Virus record (IMG/VR): IMGVR_UViG_3300033987_000055
Source: a virus
DNA: 49,636 nucleotides
Direction: 5' to 3' (one strand)
Part shown: positions 24,798-34,522 of the stretch, piece after piece
How positions within the stretch are numbered: the first letter of the stretch is position 1
Layout of the letters: the number at the start of each line of letters is the position of its first letter
Notes under the pieces: generated by a model
Told to the model about the DNA's origin: nothing
Databases searched by the model: none
What the model saw: the letters and a program-made list of their open reading frames with translations, nothing else
Program-made: the position numbers and the translations under genes

Positions 24798-25637
24798 CTA
24801 TTTAGCCAATGCCTTTATGTATTCCTCATAATCTTCTATATAACCAACAAATTGAAACTTATCCTTGTATTTTTCTGTAACTCCATTGTAAAACCAATAT
24901 CTTGTTATGTGCTCACCTTTGTTCTTAAAGTAGTCTATGCCTTCTTGTGCATAATCAAATTCGTATTTTTGGTTTTTGTATATAATTACTGCCTTCCTTG
25001 CCATTCCATTTTTAGCCCCTGGATTAGCAACTTTCTTTTTCCATTCCTCATATTCTTCTTCCGTCATATAATCTTTGATGTTTTTTCCATACATAGGATT
25101 GTTTTCTCCTAATGAGGCTTGTCTTAGTTTTTTTAATGTTTCGGGCTTTAATTTATCTTTAGTCATTCCATATCTAGGATTGTTTTTACCACTCAAAGAC
25201 TTGCTAAGTTTGGCATTTCTTCTTGCCATTTGCTCAGGTGTATAGTTTTTCAATGGATTTATCCCTTTTTTAGCTTTGCTAAGATTCCTACAATGCTCTG
25301 GACTTCTTTCTGTTTGCCTTACCCCTAAACCTCCTAGAGACTTATTATAACCTTTTTCTTTATTGCAAGTATCATACTTTTCTATATACTTCATTTCTAA
25401 CTCACAAAGAGTTTTCATGTCTTTTACATTTTTCTCTAATACAACTACTTCAAAATTTTCTTCTCCATATTTCGCTATAGATTTTCGTAAATGTGGGTTA
25501 TGATGATTTTTTATACCATGTGGGTATCTTTCAGCAAATGAGTTTGTTGTTATTCCTATATATTTTTTGCCATTTATTTTGTTTTCTATTGAATATACTA
25601 TCATTTTATTTTCAATTAATTCTTTGTTATATTCCAC
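24798..25637 (-). CDS. GIY-YIG homing endonuclease with NUMOD3-type repeats
   Basis: VYSIENKINGKKYIGIT..(GIY-YIG)..KGYNKSLGG. Three repeats of the type S(K/L)S..GKNNP.YG. Confidence 0.85.
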   Translation of the reverse strand: MEYNKELIENKMIVYSIENKINGKKYIGITTNSFAERYPHGIKNHHNPHLRKSIAKYGEENFEVVVLEKNVKDMKTLCELEMKYIEKYDTCNKEKGYNKSLGGLGVRQTERSPEHCRNLSKAKKGINPLKNYTPEQMARRNAKLSKSLSGKNNPRYGMTKDKLKPETLKKLRQASLGENNPMYGKNIKDYMTEEEYEEWKKKVANPGAKNGMARKAVIIYKNQKYEFDYAQEGIDYFKNKGEHITRYWFYNGVTEKYKDKFQFVGYIEDYEEYIKALAK

Positions 25638-25678
25638 TATTCTTCACCCTCAAACCAAGTTCTTATGAACAATTCTTT

Positions 25679-26011
25679 TTACAGAGTGCCTAAAATAATA
25701 ATGAATATTAAAAACGCTAATACGCTAATTGCAATAAATTTTATATCATTTCCTATTTTTCTTTTCTTAACTAAGTTTACAATCAAACTTACAATTGATA
25801 TTCCAAATAAAATTATGCTATCTAGTGCTAACAATGTTAAAACATCTGCTAAAGTTATTCCTACTGATAATATAATCACGATATTTATAACTAAAATTGC
25901 TATCCATACCCATATATTTTTCTGTGGTTTATATCCTTCTTGTTTAATATATTTAGGCTCTTTCGGATTAGTATATAAATTCCCTACATCTGGCGAACCA
26001 TAAAGTCCCAT
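25679..26011 (-). CDS. Integral membrane protein (110 aa, about 3 TM)
   Basis: Hydrophobic segments IWVWIAILVINIVIILSVGI.., LLALDSIILFGISIVSLIV, FIAISVLAFLIFIIILG. Confidence 0.6.
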   Translation of the reverse strand: MGLYGSPDVGNLYTNPKEPKYIKQEGYKPQKNIWVWIAILVINIVIILSVGITLADVLTLLALDSIILFGISIVSLIVNLVKKRKIGNDIKFIAISVLAFLIFIIILGTL

Positions 26012-26062
26012 AATAAATACCTCCCCTAGGAATATTCTATGTTTTAAGTTTACAGAATATTC

Positions 26063-26730
26063 CTAGGAATTGCAAGTTTTTACTTCTCCACCAAATAAAG
26101 CATTTAATACCTTAACTTGAACGAACATTTGTTCATCTGTCATTATTTTCTTTTCCTTCTGCCAATCAATTTCTTTTAGTATTTCATCAAGTGGTTTTGG
26201 ATGGTCTTTTTTCTTCCCTAACCATTGAATAGTCCATTTTGCGTTTAGATATGCAATTGCAAGTTTCTCTTTAAATTCATTCTTCTTATTTTCATGATAT
26301 GCTTGAGCGTATATATTCAACTCATATGGTGTCATTTCCCAAAATTCGCTTGGTGGTATATCAATAAAGGCAGCGAATTCTAATGCCTTTTTAGTAGTAA
26401 AAAATTCTTTTTCGCTGCCTTCTATTTGTTTTTTTCTTTTACTTCCTCCTCATCTAAGCCAAAGGCCTTATTTATAGCTTCCATCATTTCTGCTATCACT
26501 TCTCTAAAATTAGAATATTCATCTACTAAGTCCATAACTTTTTCTGGCGTTAAATTGTTATCTTCATGTACTAATCCAGCCCATATTAAAATAGCTGCTT
26601 CTTCCATGGTGAGGTTTTCATAATCTATTTTACCAATGGGTTTTTTAAATTTCTTTTCGATTAAGGAAATAGCCTTCATTCCATATTTGAAATTTCTTGT
26701 TTTATCTAATTGTATTGGGTAATACCTCAT
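26063..26730 (-). CDS. Tail assembly chaperone G-T fusion made by a -1 programmed frameshift
   Basis: Slippery A_AAA_AAC (26434..26428) lies 5 nt before the stop of the upstream ORF. The -1 frame is open and runs in frame into ORF 26063..26335. Confidence 0.7.
26422..26730 (-). CDS. Tail assembly chaperone (gpG-like, zero-frame product)
   Basis: 102 aa between the major tail protein and the tape measure. Confidence 0.75.
   Translation of the reverse strand: MRYYPIQLDKTRNFKYGMKAISLIEKKFKKPIGKIDYENLTMEEAAILIWAGLVHEDNNLTPEKVMDLVDEYSNFREVIAEMMEAINKAFGLDEEEVKEKNK
26428..26434 (-). promoter_or_regulatory. -1 ribosomal frameshift slippery heptamer A_AAA_AAC
   Basis: Read directly. Zero-frame codons are GAA AAA AAC AAA TAG. 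Confidence 0.7.
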
Positions 26731-26833
26731 ATCAACCTCTCCTTTAACCTTTTATTAATTTTGAATAGGATTTTGTTTAGTATTTTTACTACAGGTAACA
26801 ATAATTTTTTAATCATTTTCTTGTCCCCTTAAT

Positions 26834-26867
26834 TTAAGAGTAAAAGGCTAGAATCAATTCTAGCCTT
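26834..26867 (-). terminator. Terminator/attenuator after the major tail protein gene
   Basis: AAGGCTAGA-n6-TCTAGCCTT followed by TTTACTCTT. Overlaps the stop codon. Confidence 0.55.
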
Positions 26868-27285
26868 AAACTCCTGCTCCAACTACCAATGTAGGTTTAC
26901 CTGAAACTTTGATTGTAGCTGAAAAACTCAATGGATCTTCTAAGTCTGCTGATGTACTGAATCCAGTTACTACACCCTTAAACTGCCAACTACCCATATC
27001 GTTAGGGAATAGAATTGTAAAATTTTCTGTGTCTCCGCTTTCAAACAAGTCGTATAAGTCTTTTTGCCCTTTTCCAGGTTCAAGTTCTAAGTATCCTTCA
27101 AGCGATACCTCTCCTGCGTCTTTAAATCCTGCTATAAACTCTCTATAAGCTCCATCTGAATTTAATGTTGTTACATCTATAGTATCAGCTGACAATTCAA
27201 GCCCACCTATAGAAGTAAGTCCTGCTACTGTAACAGGAATATCTGTTCCAATTTGTAATTTTGTTCCTAATGCACGTTTAACCAT
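26866..27285 (-). CDS. Major tail protein
   Basis: 139 aa. GTKLQIG..VAGLTSIGGLELSADTIDVTTL resembles the phi13-type major tail family. Synteny supports the call. Confidence 0.8.
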   Translation of the reverse strand: MVKRALGTKLQIGTDIPVTVAGLTSIGGLELSADTIDVTTLNSDGAYREFIAGFKDAGEVSLEGYLELEPGKGQKDLYDLFESGDTENFTILFPNDMGSWQFKGVVTGFSTSADLEDPLSFSATIKVSGKPTLVVGAGV

Positions 27286-27288
27286 TAT

Positions 27289-27678
27289 CTATACCTCCTC
27301 AAAACATATAGTAAAATCAATAATCCCTCTATTAACTTTCAGCTCATGCTCATACTGTTCTGTAATATTGTTAATATCTAAATCTTCAATAAAAAAACTG
27401 CTATCTTTGCCTATATGTCTTTTAGGCAAAGATAACAGCAATTCTTCAACTTGCTTTCTAACTCTTACCATCTCTGAATATCTAGCAGCCATTATTGAAA
27501 ACATATAACTTAAATATTGATTACCAGTATAACCTTCAAAAGTTTTAAGTCGTTTAGTGCTAATTCTTGCATAAACTAAATAAGGCCCCTTCGAGCCTTC
27601 TGGTGCATTGGTAGGAAATATGTTATCTTTTAACTCTGGTATAGCTTTTTCTATTTCATACCTTAATGCAGTTTCCAT
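27289..27678 (-). CDS. Tail terminator / tail completion protein (by position)
   Basis: 129 aa, immediately upstream of the major tail protein. Confidence 0.45.
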   Translation of the reverse strand: METALRYEIEKAIPELKDNIFPTNAPEGSKGPYLVYARISTKRLKTFEGYTGNQYLSYMFSIMAARYSEMVRVRKQVEELLLSLPKRHIGKDSSFFIEDLDINNITEQYEHELKVNRGIIDFTICFEEV

Positions 27679-27873
27679 CTAGTCCACCTTCTTATATGTG
27701 GTGATAAATATATTTGTTAAACCTGTAGATTCTCTTATTATTCTTTCTTCATCTAATGTTGACATATCAATTTCTTCTACTTCCTCGGATATAGAAAAAT
27801 CTCTCACTTCATCTACAGAATCTAGAAAATCATTTAAAATCTTTTTTATAGTTTCTTTATCCACCTGTTTCAC
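27679..27873 (-). CDS. Hypothetical protein (64 aa)
   Basis: ORF track. Tightly packed within the head-tail module. Confidence 0.4.
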   Translation of the reverse strand: MKQVDKETIKKILNDFLDSVDEVRDFSISEEVEEIDMSTLDEERIIRESTGLTNIFITTYKKVD

Positions 27874-27874
27874 C

Positions 27875-28363
27875 TCACTTTAGATTAGCCTTCGCTATTT
27901 CAGCATCAATTTTCTTTTTCATCTCTGACACTATTGTCTTTTCTATGTTTCTTGTATTCTCAATAAATGAGTCTCCTATAAACCTATAGCCAGGAATGTA
28001 TTTCCCATCCCTGGCAAAGAATCCATACTCTTGTGAATATGGATAATAAGCTATCTTCCTTGCTCCTTTGTGTCCTGATTCCCCAGGATTCTTTACAGGT
28101 TTCTGAAATATATGGTTCATGTTTCTATCAAATACTATCCTATATACTTTTTTACCTTTTTGCCTGGATCTTTCACCTACCATTTTAATTCCTTTTTTAA
28201 GTGCTCCAGTTTCATATGGTGCTGATGCTCTAGACTGTTTAAGGACTATATTCATAGCTTTTCTAGAACTAGCAGTTACATGTTTTTGTGGTACCTTTCC
28301 TAGTCGTTTTAGGGATTTTTCCAGTTCATCCATGCCTTCTACTCTGAAATATACTCTGGCCAT
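27875..28363 (-). CDS. HK97 gp10-family head-tail joining protein
   Basis: 162 aa. ..LEKSLKRLGKVPQKHV..ASAPYETGALKKGI. Confidence 0.7.
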   Translation of the reverse strand: MARVYFRVEGMDELEKSLKRLGKVPQKHVTASSRKAMNIVLKQSRASAPYETGALKKGIKMVGERSRQKGKKVYRIVFDRNMNHIFQKPVKNPGESGHKGARKIAYYPYSQEYGFFARDGKYIPGYRFIGDSFIENTRNIEKTIVSEMKKKIDAEIAKANLK

Positions 28364-28681
28364 CTATTTCACCAGCCTACAATAACATAGCAATTCCCTA
28401 TTCAATCCTTTGACATTTACTGCAGATAATACCTCGTATATATCATTGCCATGCTTAATTCTCATGTCGTTTGTAATACCAGGTACATATCTCATATTGA
28501 ATTTTACTTCTACCTTGCTATCAGTAGTATAAGCAGCAAAGAACTCATTACCAAGTAAAGGTTCCATACTAGCCCATATTCCTTCTTTGAAAGGTTGCCA
28601 AGTGTCAGTAGGCTCTCCATATTCATCTCTGCCTTTAACTCGGCGTAAGAAGTCTATTCTGTGTCTATAATCTCTCATCAT
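28364..28681 (-). CDS. Head closure / head-tail adaptor protein
   Basis: 105 aa. R..I......DEYGEPTDTWQPF..IWASMEPL pattern. Confidence 0.7.
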   Translation of the reverse strand: MMRDYRHRIDFLRRVKGRDEYGEPTDTWQPFKEGIWASMEPLLGNEFFAAYTTDSKVEVKFNMRYVPGITNDMRIKHGNDIYEVLSAVNVKGLNRELLCYCRLVK

Positions 28682-28959
28682 TCAGCACCGCCTGTATATT
28701 CAATAGATAGTGTTAAATGTTGTTTAAGACTAATATAAGACTGCTCAAATCTTTCAGCTATTTTAGTATCATCATATCCAAAATGAGCTTTACAATATAT
28801 GATTACAGCCCTTTTGATCAACGGGTCAGTATCTATAACCTTATCCTTGTGTACTCCACTCAATATTAAATCTGCTTTCGCCGCTTCGATTAAGTCTTTT
28901 ATTTCGTTATCTAAATCATTACCGCTTACCCTTAATGCATCTTTTACATCTTGAAGCAT
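28678..28959 (-). CDS. Head-tail connector (gp6-like) protein
   Basis: 93 aa. LRVSGNDLDNEIKDLIEAAKADL pattern. Confidence 0.7.
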   Translation of the reverse strand: MLQDVKDALRVSGNDLDNEIKDLIEAAKADLILSGVHKDKVIDTDPLIKRAVIIYCKAHFGYDDTKIAERFEQSYISLKQHLTLSIEYTGGAE

Positions 28960-29250
28960 TTAATCACCGCCTTTGAGTAACAACTCAATAAGCTCGGCTT
29001 TTGTTTGTCTTGGGCTATATTCAATGCCTTTGCTCCGCAATTCTTTTTCAATTTCTTTTTTAGTCATAAACTGGTAAGCTTTTTTCTCAGAGATATTAAT
29101 AGAGGGTGCCTCTGGCAGCTCACCCTCTATTAACCCTCTATTTATTAAGTCTCTTATTCTTTCTTGGTCATCAGATATGAATTTATCCCCTGGCTTGTAT
29201 ATTTTGCGTTTATTGTACTTATCCCTAAAATGCTGTAAAACTTTATACAT
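28960..29250 (-). CDS. Hypothetical protein with a Rho-N/SAP-like C-terminal motif
   Basis: ..SPRQTKAELIELLLKG. Confidence 0.45.
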   Translation of the reverse strand: MYKVLQHFRDKYNKRKIYKPGDKFISDDQERIRDLINRGLIEGELPEAPSINISEKKAYQFMTKKEIEKELRSKGIEYSPRQTKAELIELLLKGGD

Positions 29251-29260
29251 CTAATTCACC

Positions 29261-30508
29261 TTAGCCTACTGGTAATGCTTTTCTTACTAGAGCAAAGGCT
29301 TTTGTTGTTAGTGGTGCTCCATCGATTATTGCATATGCCATATAGTCAGTGTATCTAGCTTTTACATGATCTTCAGTGTAAATAGTCATGTTTTCATTTA
29401 CGTTTATTGCATATCCTCTGCCTACATTTGCAAACAATACTGCATTATCGGGTACGCTATCGTCTTCTTTAACTGGTAGTCCAAACATTCTTCCTACTCC
29501 ACCTAGAGTAACATCAGGAATAAATAATGGTCTTCCTTGTGCATCTTTCAAGTTAGCAAGTACATTCCAAATTACTGAAGATTTTGCATATATAGCGGCT
29601 CCAGTCTTGTAAGCAGATTTCATTTGACCCATAGCTTTAGTTAAGTTTTCGTATGCTAGTTCATCAACATATTCTATAATTTGTGGAGTATTTACTTCTG
29701 CTTCAAGCGCTGTAATTATTCCTAGTGGCTCTGGCTTGAAGGTATCTCCTATACCAGGCTTGCCTTTACCAGATACAACTCCTTTAGCTAATGCTGCCCC
29801 CATTTTTTCTGCTAATAAGCTAGTGATATATGGGATAAATCTTTCTATAGACATCTTTCTTAACTTCCAGCTGATTGGTATAGCTTTAGCAAGCTCACAA
29901 CCAGTCAAGTTAAGTTCTCCAAGCGCAAATTCTCCATCTGCTACTTCGGTATCTTCATCATACCAAGCTGCATCATCACCAGAATCAGTTTCTTTGATTA
30001 TAGTCATATCTCCAGGTACAAATGTCATATTTAAGTCATCAATTATTGGATATAGTTCTGCTGCTTCCTTCCAAATATCCTCTGCTACGTTTTCAGGTAT
30101 TACTACTGCATGAGTATTAGCTGTTTGTATTGAATTGTGGAATCTAGTATTTACTTCGTTGAATACTACTTTTTCATCTTCTGTTAAAGCCATGCCCATC
30201 ATATATTTTGCCCATGCTTGTTTATATAGTTCCTTTTCGTCTACTTTCTGTGTAACTTGAACATTGTCAACTGGTCTAAGATCCTTTACATCTACTGAAT
30301 TATTGTCTAGATTTATTCCTGTTACTTTGTCTTTTAATGCATTCATGTTAGCTTGTGCCAACTTGATTTCTTCCCACTTGTTGTCTAAATCCTCTACTTC
30401 TTTCATCTTTTCCTTAGCCTCTTCAGTCTTTCCTTCAGCAATAAGCTTTTCAGCCTCTGCTAGTAAATTATTTCTCATTTCTAAATATTCCTTTTTATTC
30501 ATTATCAA
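29261..30508 (-). CDS. Major capsid protein, HK97 family (with N-terminal delta/scaffold domain)
   Basis: 415 aa. N-terminal coiled coil. Position after the ClpP-type prohead protease. Confidence 0.9.
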   Translation of the reverse strand: MIMNKKEYLEMRNNLLAEAEKLIAEGKTEEAKEKMKEVEDLDNKWEEIKLAQANMNALKDKVTGINLDNNSVDVKDLRPVDNVQVTQKVDEKELYKQAWAKYMMGMALTEDEKVVFNEVNTRFHNSIQTANTHAVVIPENVAEDIWKEAAELYPIIDDLNMTFVPGDMTIIKETDSGDDAAWYDEDTEVADGEFALGELNLTGCELAKAIPISWKLRKMSIERFIPYITSLLAEKMGAALAKGVVSGKGKPGIGDTFKPEPLGIITALEAEVNTPQIIEYVDELAYENLTKAMGQMKSAYKTGAAIYAKSSVIWNVLANLKDAQGRPLFIPDVTLGGVGRMFGLPVKEDDSVPDNAVLFANVGRGYAINVNENMTIYTEDHVKARYTDYMAYAIIDGAPLTTKAFALVRKALPVG

Positions 30509-31241
30509 CCTCTCCTTTCAATTTTAATAAATTTAATTTTGTCAATAAAATATCCGCCTCTTTTTCTTGTTGAGAATCAGGCGGATTATCGTTTGGATCT
30601 TGATTGTCTTTTAAATTAAGCAAGCCTTTTGCTTTTAGACTTCTCATTTTATTGATGACATTAATAGGAAGCATTGTTGACTGCTTTATACTTGCTGTTA
30701 ATCTAATTTTGCCATCATTAAACATAATTTCATCAACAAAGCCCTTTTCTAATGCCTGCTGTGGCGTTAGCCATGTCTCATTATCCATTAGATCTAATAA
30801 TTCTTCTTTGCTCATGCCTGTTTTTAATAAATAAGCATTAGCTATTGTACTGTTATAATCCTTAAGTACCCCTGCTTCATGTTCAAAGTCTCTATAATCT
30901 CCTCTAGCTTGTGATTGCACATTGTGTATCATTATTTCAGCTGTCGGAGATATTAGAACTTTTTTACCTGCCATAGCAATTATACTTGCTGCACTAGCAG
31001 CTATGCCTACTATTTTTACTACTACATCATTTTTGTATTCTTTTAACATTGTGTATATCTCAGAGCCTGAAAACACATCACCTCCTGGGGAATTGATTAT
31101 AACTTCAATATTTTCTCCATTAGCTTCTTCTAAAGCTTTTTCTACATCTTTAGGAGTAGTATTTTCAATGTCAAATAGGTCATATATCCATTTGTAGTCA
31201 TTCGGTATAATTTCACCTTTGATGTTTATTTTCTTTGGCAC
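30495..31241 (-). CDS. Prohead maturation protease (ClpP/S14 family)
   Basis: INSPGGDVFSGSEIYTML..GIAASAASIIAMAG. Confidence 0.9.
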   Translation of the reverse strand: MPKKINIKGEIIPNDYKWIYDLFDIENTTPKDVEKALEEANGENIEVIINSPGGDVFSGSEIYTMLKEYKNDVVVKIVGIAASAASIIAMAGKKVLISPTAEIMIHNVQSQARGDYRDFEHEAGVLKDYNSTIANAYLLKTGMSKEELLDLMDNETWLTPQQALEKGFVDEIMFNDGKIRLTASIKQSTMLPINVINKMRSLKAKGLLNLKDNQDPNDNPPDSQQEKEADILLTKLNLLKLKGEVDNE

Positions 31242-31252
31242 TTGTTCACCTC

Positions 31253-32398
31253 CTATTCATCTATTGGTCTAGTATCTAACCTTCTAACTGGTACATCCCC
31301 GCCATCTATAGGTGCGTAATGTAGTATAGCTCTTACTTCGTTTGGAGTCATTATTCCTCTGTCTACGTATTGTACTAAGTTTAGTTTTGTTTTCATACTT
31401 GCAAAGGTTAGATTACTGCTTTCAAATATTATCTCATTTCCAAAACCTCTCTCCCTTCTAGTAAATAGTTTTCTAGTATATTCACCACTTAGCTGTAAAG
31501 CTATTGGCTCTATACTTGATTCATAGTAACTGATCCATTCATCCTCTGTATAAGTTCCATGTACTATTTTTTCATTAGTATTGAAAAATGCATAAATTCT
31601 TTTTATTGTTCTATCCATTTGTGCTGCGTTAGGTACATAATCTTTAGGTTCTACTTGAATTGCGTCTGCTTTTGCATCTGTTGCTGCTACTCCTACAGTT
31701 TCACTTTCAACATCAAGGTACGTTTTTACAAATTGCTTAGCTTGTTTTTCTAAATCTTCTGGTCTTAATGTTTGTTTAAATACTAATAACCATTTTACTA
31801 TATTTGAATTTTTAATTGCTTTTATAATACCTTGATCTGTAGTATTCACTATTTCCATCAATGAAGTTAAAGCCTCTATTGGACTATCCCCAAATATTTC
31901 GTTTGTATTGAAATCTTTTCTTAAATGAATTATATCTCTATATCTAAATACAACTATCTTGCCATTTCTTAAAGTGAATTTAAGGTATAGTTCCCCTTTG
32001 TTATCTTGTAATGCTTCTGCTGCATATGCTGTAATTGGATAAATACCTATAGGATAGTCATTTTCATCTCTATCAATATAAGCAAAGGCGTTATTGTTTA
32101 ATTCAAGTTGTACCGCTAATTTTTCTTGTAGCATCTGCCCTGTCATGTATGGATTAGGTTCTTCTAATAGAAATCGCATATAAGGTTCAGGATTTACTTG
32201 TATTTTGCCTTCGCTACGTCTTATATGCTTACCTACCAGTTTTCCTATAGCTTGTGCTTTAGGTCTTATTGCTGCTCTTACGATGTCAGAGTGATAGAGA
32301 TTACCATTCCATGAGTAGAACCCATTTCCTTCGTCTACTATCATTTTGTATTTTGTTACTGTTATTAATTTGTTTCTAAATCTATCAAGTAGTCCCAA
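31253..32398 (-). CDS. Portal protein (HK97 family)
   Basis: 381 aa, between the large terminase and the protease. Confidence 0.85.
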   Translation of the reverse strand: MGLLDRFRNKLITVTKYKMIVDEGNGFYSWNGNLYHSDIVRAAIRPKAQAIGKLVGKHIRRSEGKIQVNPEPYMRFLLEEPNPYMTGQMLQEKLAVQLELNNNAFAYIDRDENDYPIGIYPITAYAAEALQDNKGELYLKFTLRNGKIVVFRYRDIIHLRKDFNTNEIFGDSPIEALTSLMEIVNTTDQGIIKAIKNSNIVKWLLVFKQTLRPEDLEKQAKQFVKTYLDVESETVGVAATDAKADAIQVEPKDYVPNAAQMDRTIKRIYAFFNTNEKIVHGTYTEDEWISYYESSIEPIALQLSGEYTRKLFTRRERGFGNEIIFESSNLTFASMKTKLNLVQYVDRGIMTPNEVRAILHYAPIDGGDVPVRRLDTRPIDE

Positions 32399-32413
32399 TC
32401 TTTCACCTCCCCT

Positions 32414-34120
32414 TTATATCATGCTTATATACTCCTCATAATGCCTTTCTAATGTTACATAAGCACATAATAAACTAACAGTACCATCTATTCTTCTTCT
32501 TTGATTACTAGTTTTAACAGGTTGTATATTATCATTTTTATCTACATCTATAGAAGTATTACTCAAACACCATTTTAGAATTGGATTGTTATTGTAGTTG
32601 ATTCTTTTAGCTTCTAAATCCCTACCCAATCTTTTCATAGGTCCTGATAATGTCTTTTTACCTTGAATTACTGGCTCCATTCCATCTTTACCAAAGCTAT
32701 TTTTCATATCTTCTACATAATAATCAGCGCTCCATGAATCGTATCCATGCCAAGGGATATAAATGTCATATTCATTTTGTACTTCTAAAAACCACTCTTT
32801 TACGTATTTATAATGAATTTTATTTCCTGGTACTGTTCTTAGTAGCCCCATATCTCGCCATTTATCATATGGAATCTTATCTTCCTGTACTCTTTTTTCT
32901 AATAAATCCTCTGGCAACCAATACATCTGCAAAACGTAAATAGTTTCATCACCTGGTACCATAAATAAAACTGTTCCACAGGTAAGGTCTGTTGTGCTTG
33001 ATAAGTCTGAACCGCCTATACCGTATCTAGGTTTCAACTTTGCTATATCAAATGTTGCAGGATTATTTAGTTGTTCAAATGTTAGCCAAGCTTCATGACT
33101 TGTTTCTCTAATATTAAAATCCTTACATAGTAAATTTTTTACTAACAAGGGATTAGCCTTTGCTTTATTAACTTTATTTCTTAATTGATCTATTCGCTTT
33201 ATTGTCCCTAGCCCAGGATTGGCTTGATACCAACAATCTTCATCTATCCAATCTTTTCGATTATCTAATTCATATATAATTGGCAAAAATCTTTCGTTCT
33301 TGTAACCGTTCGGATCCTCATAGCCATTTATTACTCTTTCAGCCTCATCATACTTTATATCAAAAACGGATTCTCTTACTGTACCTGCTGTAGTAGTGAT
33401 AAATACCAAAGGTTCTTCTCTAGATGTAGTACCATCTACAACTACATCATAAAGATTTTGATCTTTCCAAGCATGAACTTCATCTAATAAAGCACCATGT
33501 ACGTTTAATCCATCTAATGAATCTGAATCCCTACCCAAAGGTCTAAAAAACGAATCATTAAATTCAGCATTTATTTCTGATACTAACGTTTTCATTCTCT
33601 TATTCAAAGATGGTGATTTTTTTACCATCCTTTTAGCTTCTAACCAAATAATCTTCGCTTGGTCTTTTTTAGTCGCAACGGCATATATTTCTGCCCCTGG
33701 TTCTCCATCTGCTATTTGTAGATACAGTCCGATAGCAGCCGCCAAAGTTGATTTCCCATTCTTTCTACCCACTACAAGCATTACTTCCTGAAACTTTCTT
33801 GTTCCATCTATCTTATGCACAATTCCAAATGTAGCAGCAACTAAAGCTTTTTGCCATAGCTCTAATATAAAGGGCTTACCGCCCATTTTACCTTTGGAGT
33901 GCCTACAATAATTTTCTATAAACTCTATTGCATGTTTTGCTTTAGCTGGATTATATTCCCACTCAGAGTTAGGCTCATTGATTATCCTAACAAGCTCTTT
34001 ATATACTTTATAAACTTTAGTGCTAACTCGTTTTCGATTCTGTTTTTGGTTCATCCATTCCCAATACTCTAATATCGGGTTATAATTGTCTGGATAGACT
34101 ATCTTTTTTACTGCTGTCAT
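32414..34120 (-). CDS. terL: Terminase large subunit
   Basis: 568 aa. Walker A VVGRKNGKST, Walker B-like GALLDEVH, C-terminal nuclease half. Confidence 0.9.
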   Translation of the reverse strand: MTAVKKIVYPDNYNPILEYWEWMNQKQNRKRVSTKVYKVYKELVRIINEPNSEWEYNPAKAKHAIEFIENYCRHSKGKMGGKPFILELWQKALVAATFGIVHKIDGTRKFQEVMLVVGRKNGKSTLAAAIGLYLQIADGEPGAEIYAVATKKDQAKIIWLEAKRMVKKSPSLNKRMKTLVSEINAEFNDSFFRPLGRDSDSLDGLNVHGALLDEVHAWKDQNLYDVVVDGTTSREEPLVFITTTAGTVRESVFDIKYDEAERVINGYEDPNGYKNERFLPIIYELDNRKDWIDEDCWYQANPGLGTIKRIDQLRNKVNKAKANPLLVKNLLCKDFNIRETSHEAWLTFEQLNNPATFDIAKLKPRYGIGGSDLSSTTDLTCGTVLFMVPGDETIYVLQMYWLPEDLLEKRVQEDKIPYDKWRDMGLLRTVPGNKIHYKYVKEWFLEVQNEYDIYIPWHGYDSWSADYYVEDMKNSFGKDGMEPVIQGKKTLSGPMKRLGRDLEAKRINYNNNPILKWCLSNTSIDVDKNDNIQPVKTSNQRRRIDGTVSLLCAYVTLERHYEEYISMI

Positions 34121-34132
34121 TTGTCATCACAC

Positions 34133-34522
34133 CTATGGTTTATTTGCTATGAAGTCTTCAAATCCGTCATTTATTTCTTTTTTAACATCTTCTTTAGGAT
34201 GTAAGTTCGTTAACTTGTCTATTATGTTCGTATACCTTTGCACCATAGTGTTATAACTCTTTAAGGCAGGATGTTCTCTTATAATTGAGTATTCTCCTTG
34301 CGGCATTACGTCTATTGGACCATTTTTATCTATCTCTTTCTTTAATTCCTGAAGTGTTATTCTCATGTATGCTGCTTCTTCTATCAATCCTTTAGCTGTT
34401 AGCCTTTTATTTTTGTCTATATCTTTAAATAAATTTGTAAGTCTCGTTATTTCTCTTTTAACTAATGTATCTTTATCTATTTCTTGCTTTTTATTTTTAT
34501 CTTTAGCTTGTTTCTTACTCAT
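34133..34522 (-). CDS. terS: Terminase small subunit (P27-like)
   Basis: 129 aa, helical, immediately upstream of terL. Confidence 0.7.
   Translation of the reverse strand: MSKKQAKDKNKKQEIDKDTLVKREITRLTNLFKDIDKNKRLTAKGLIEEAAYMRITLQELKKEIDKNGPIDVMPQGEYSIIREHPALKSYNTMVQRYTNIIDKLTNLHPKEDVKKEINDGFEDFIANKP

Noticed and set aside
26063-26335. The 90-aa ORF as an independently translated gene.
   Set aside because: No RBS is present, and the upstream -1 frame is open all the way from the A_AAA_AAC slippery site. It is interpreted as the T part of the G-T chaperone fusion.
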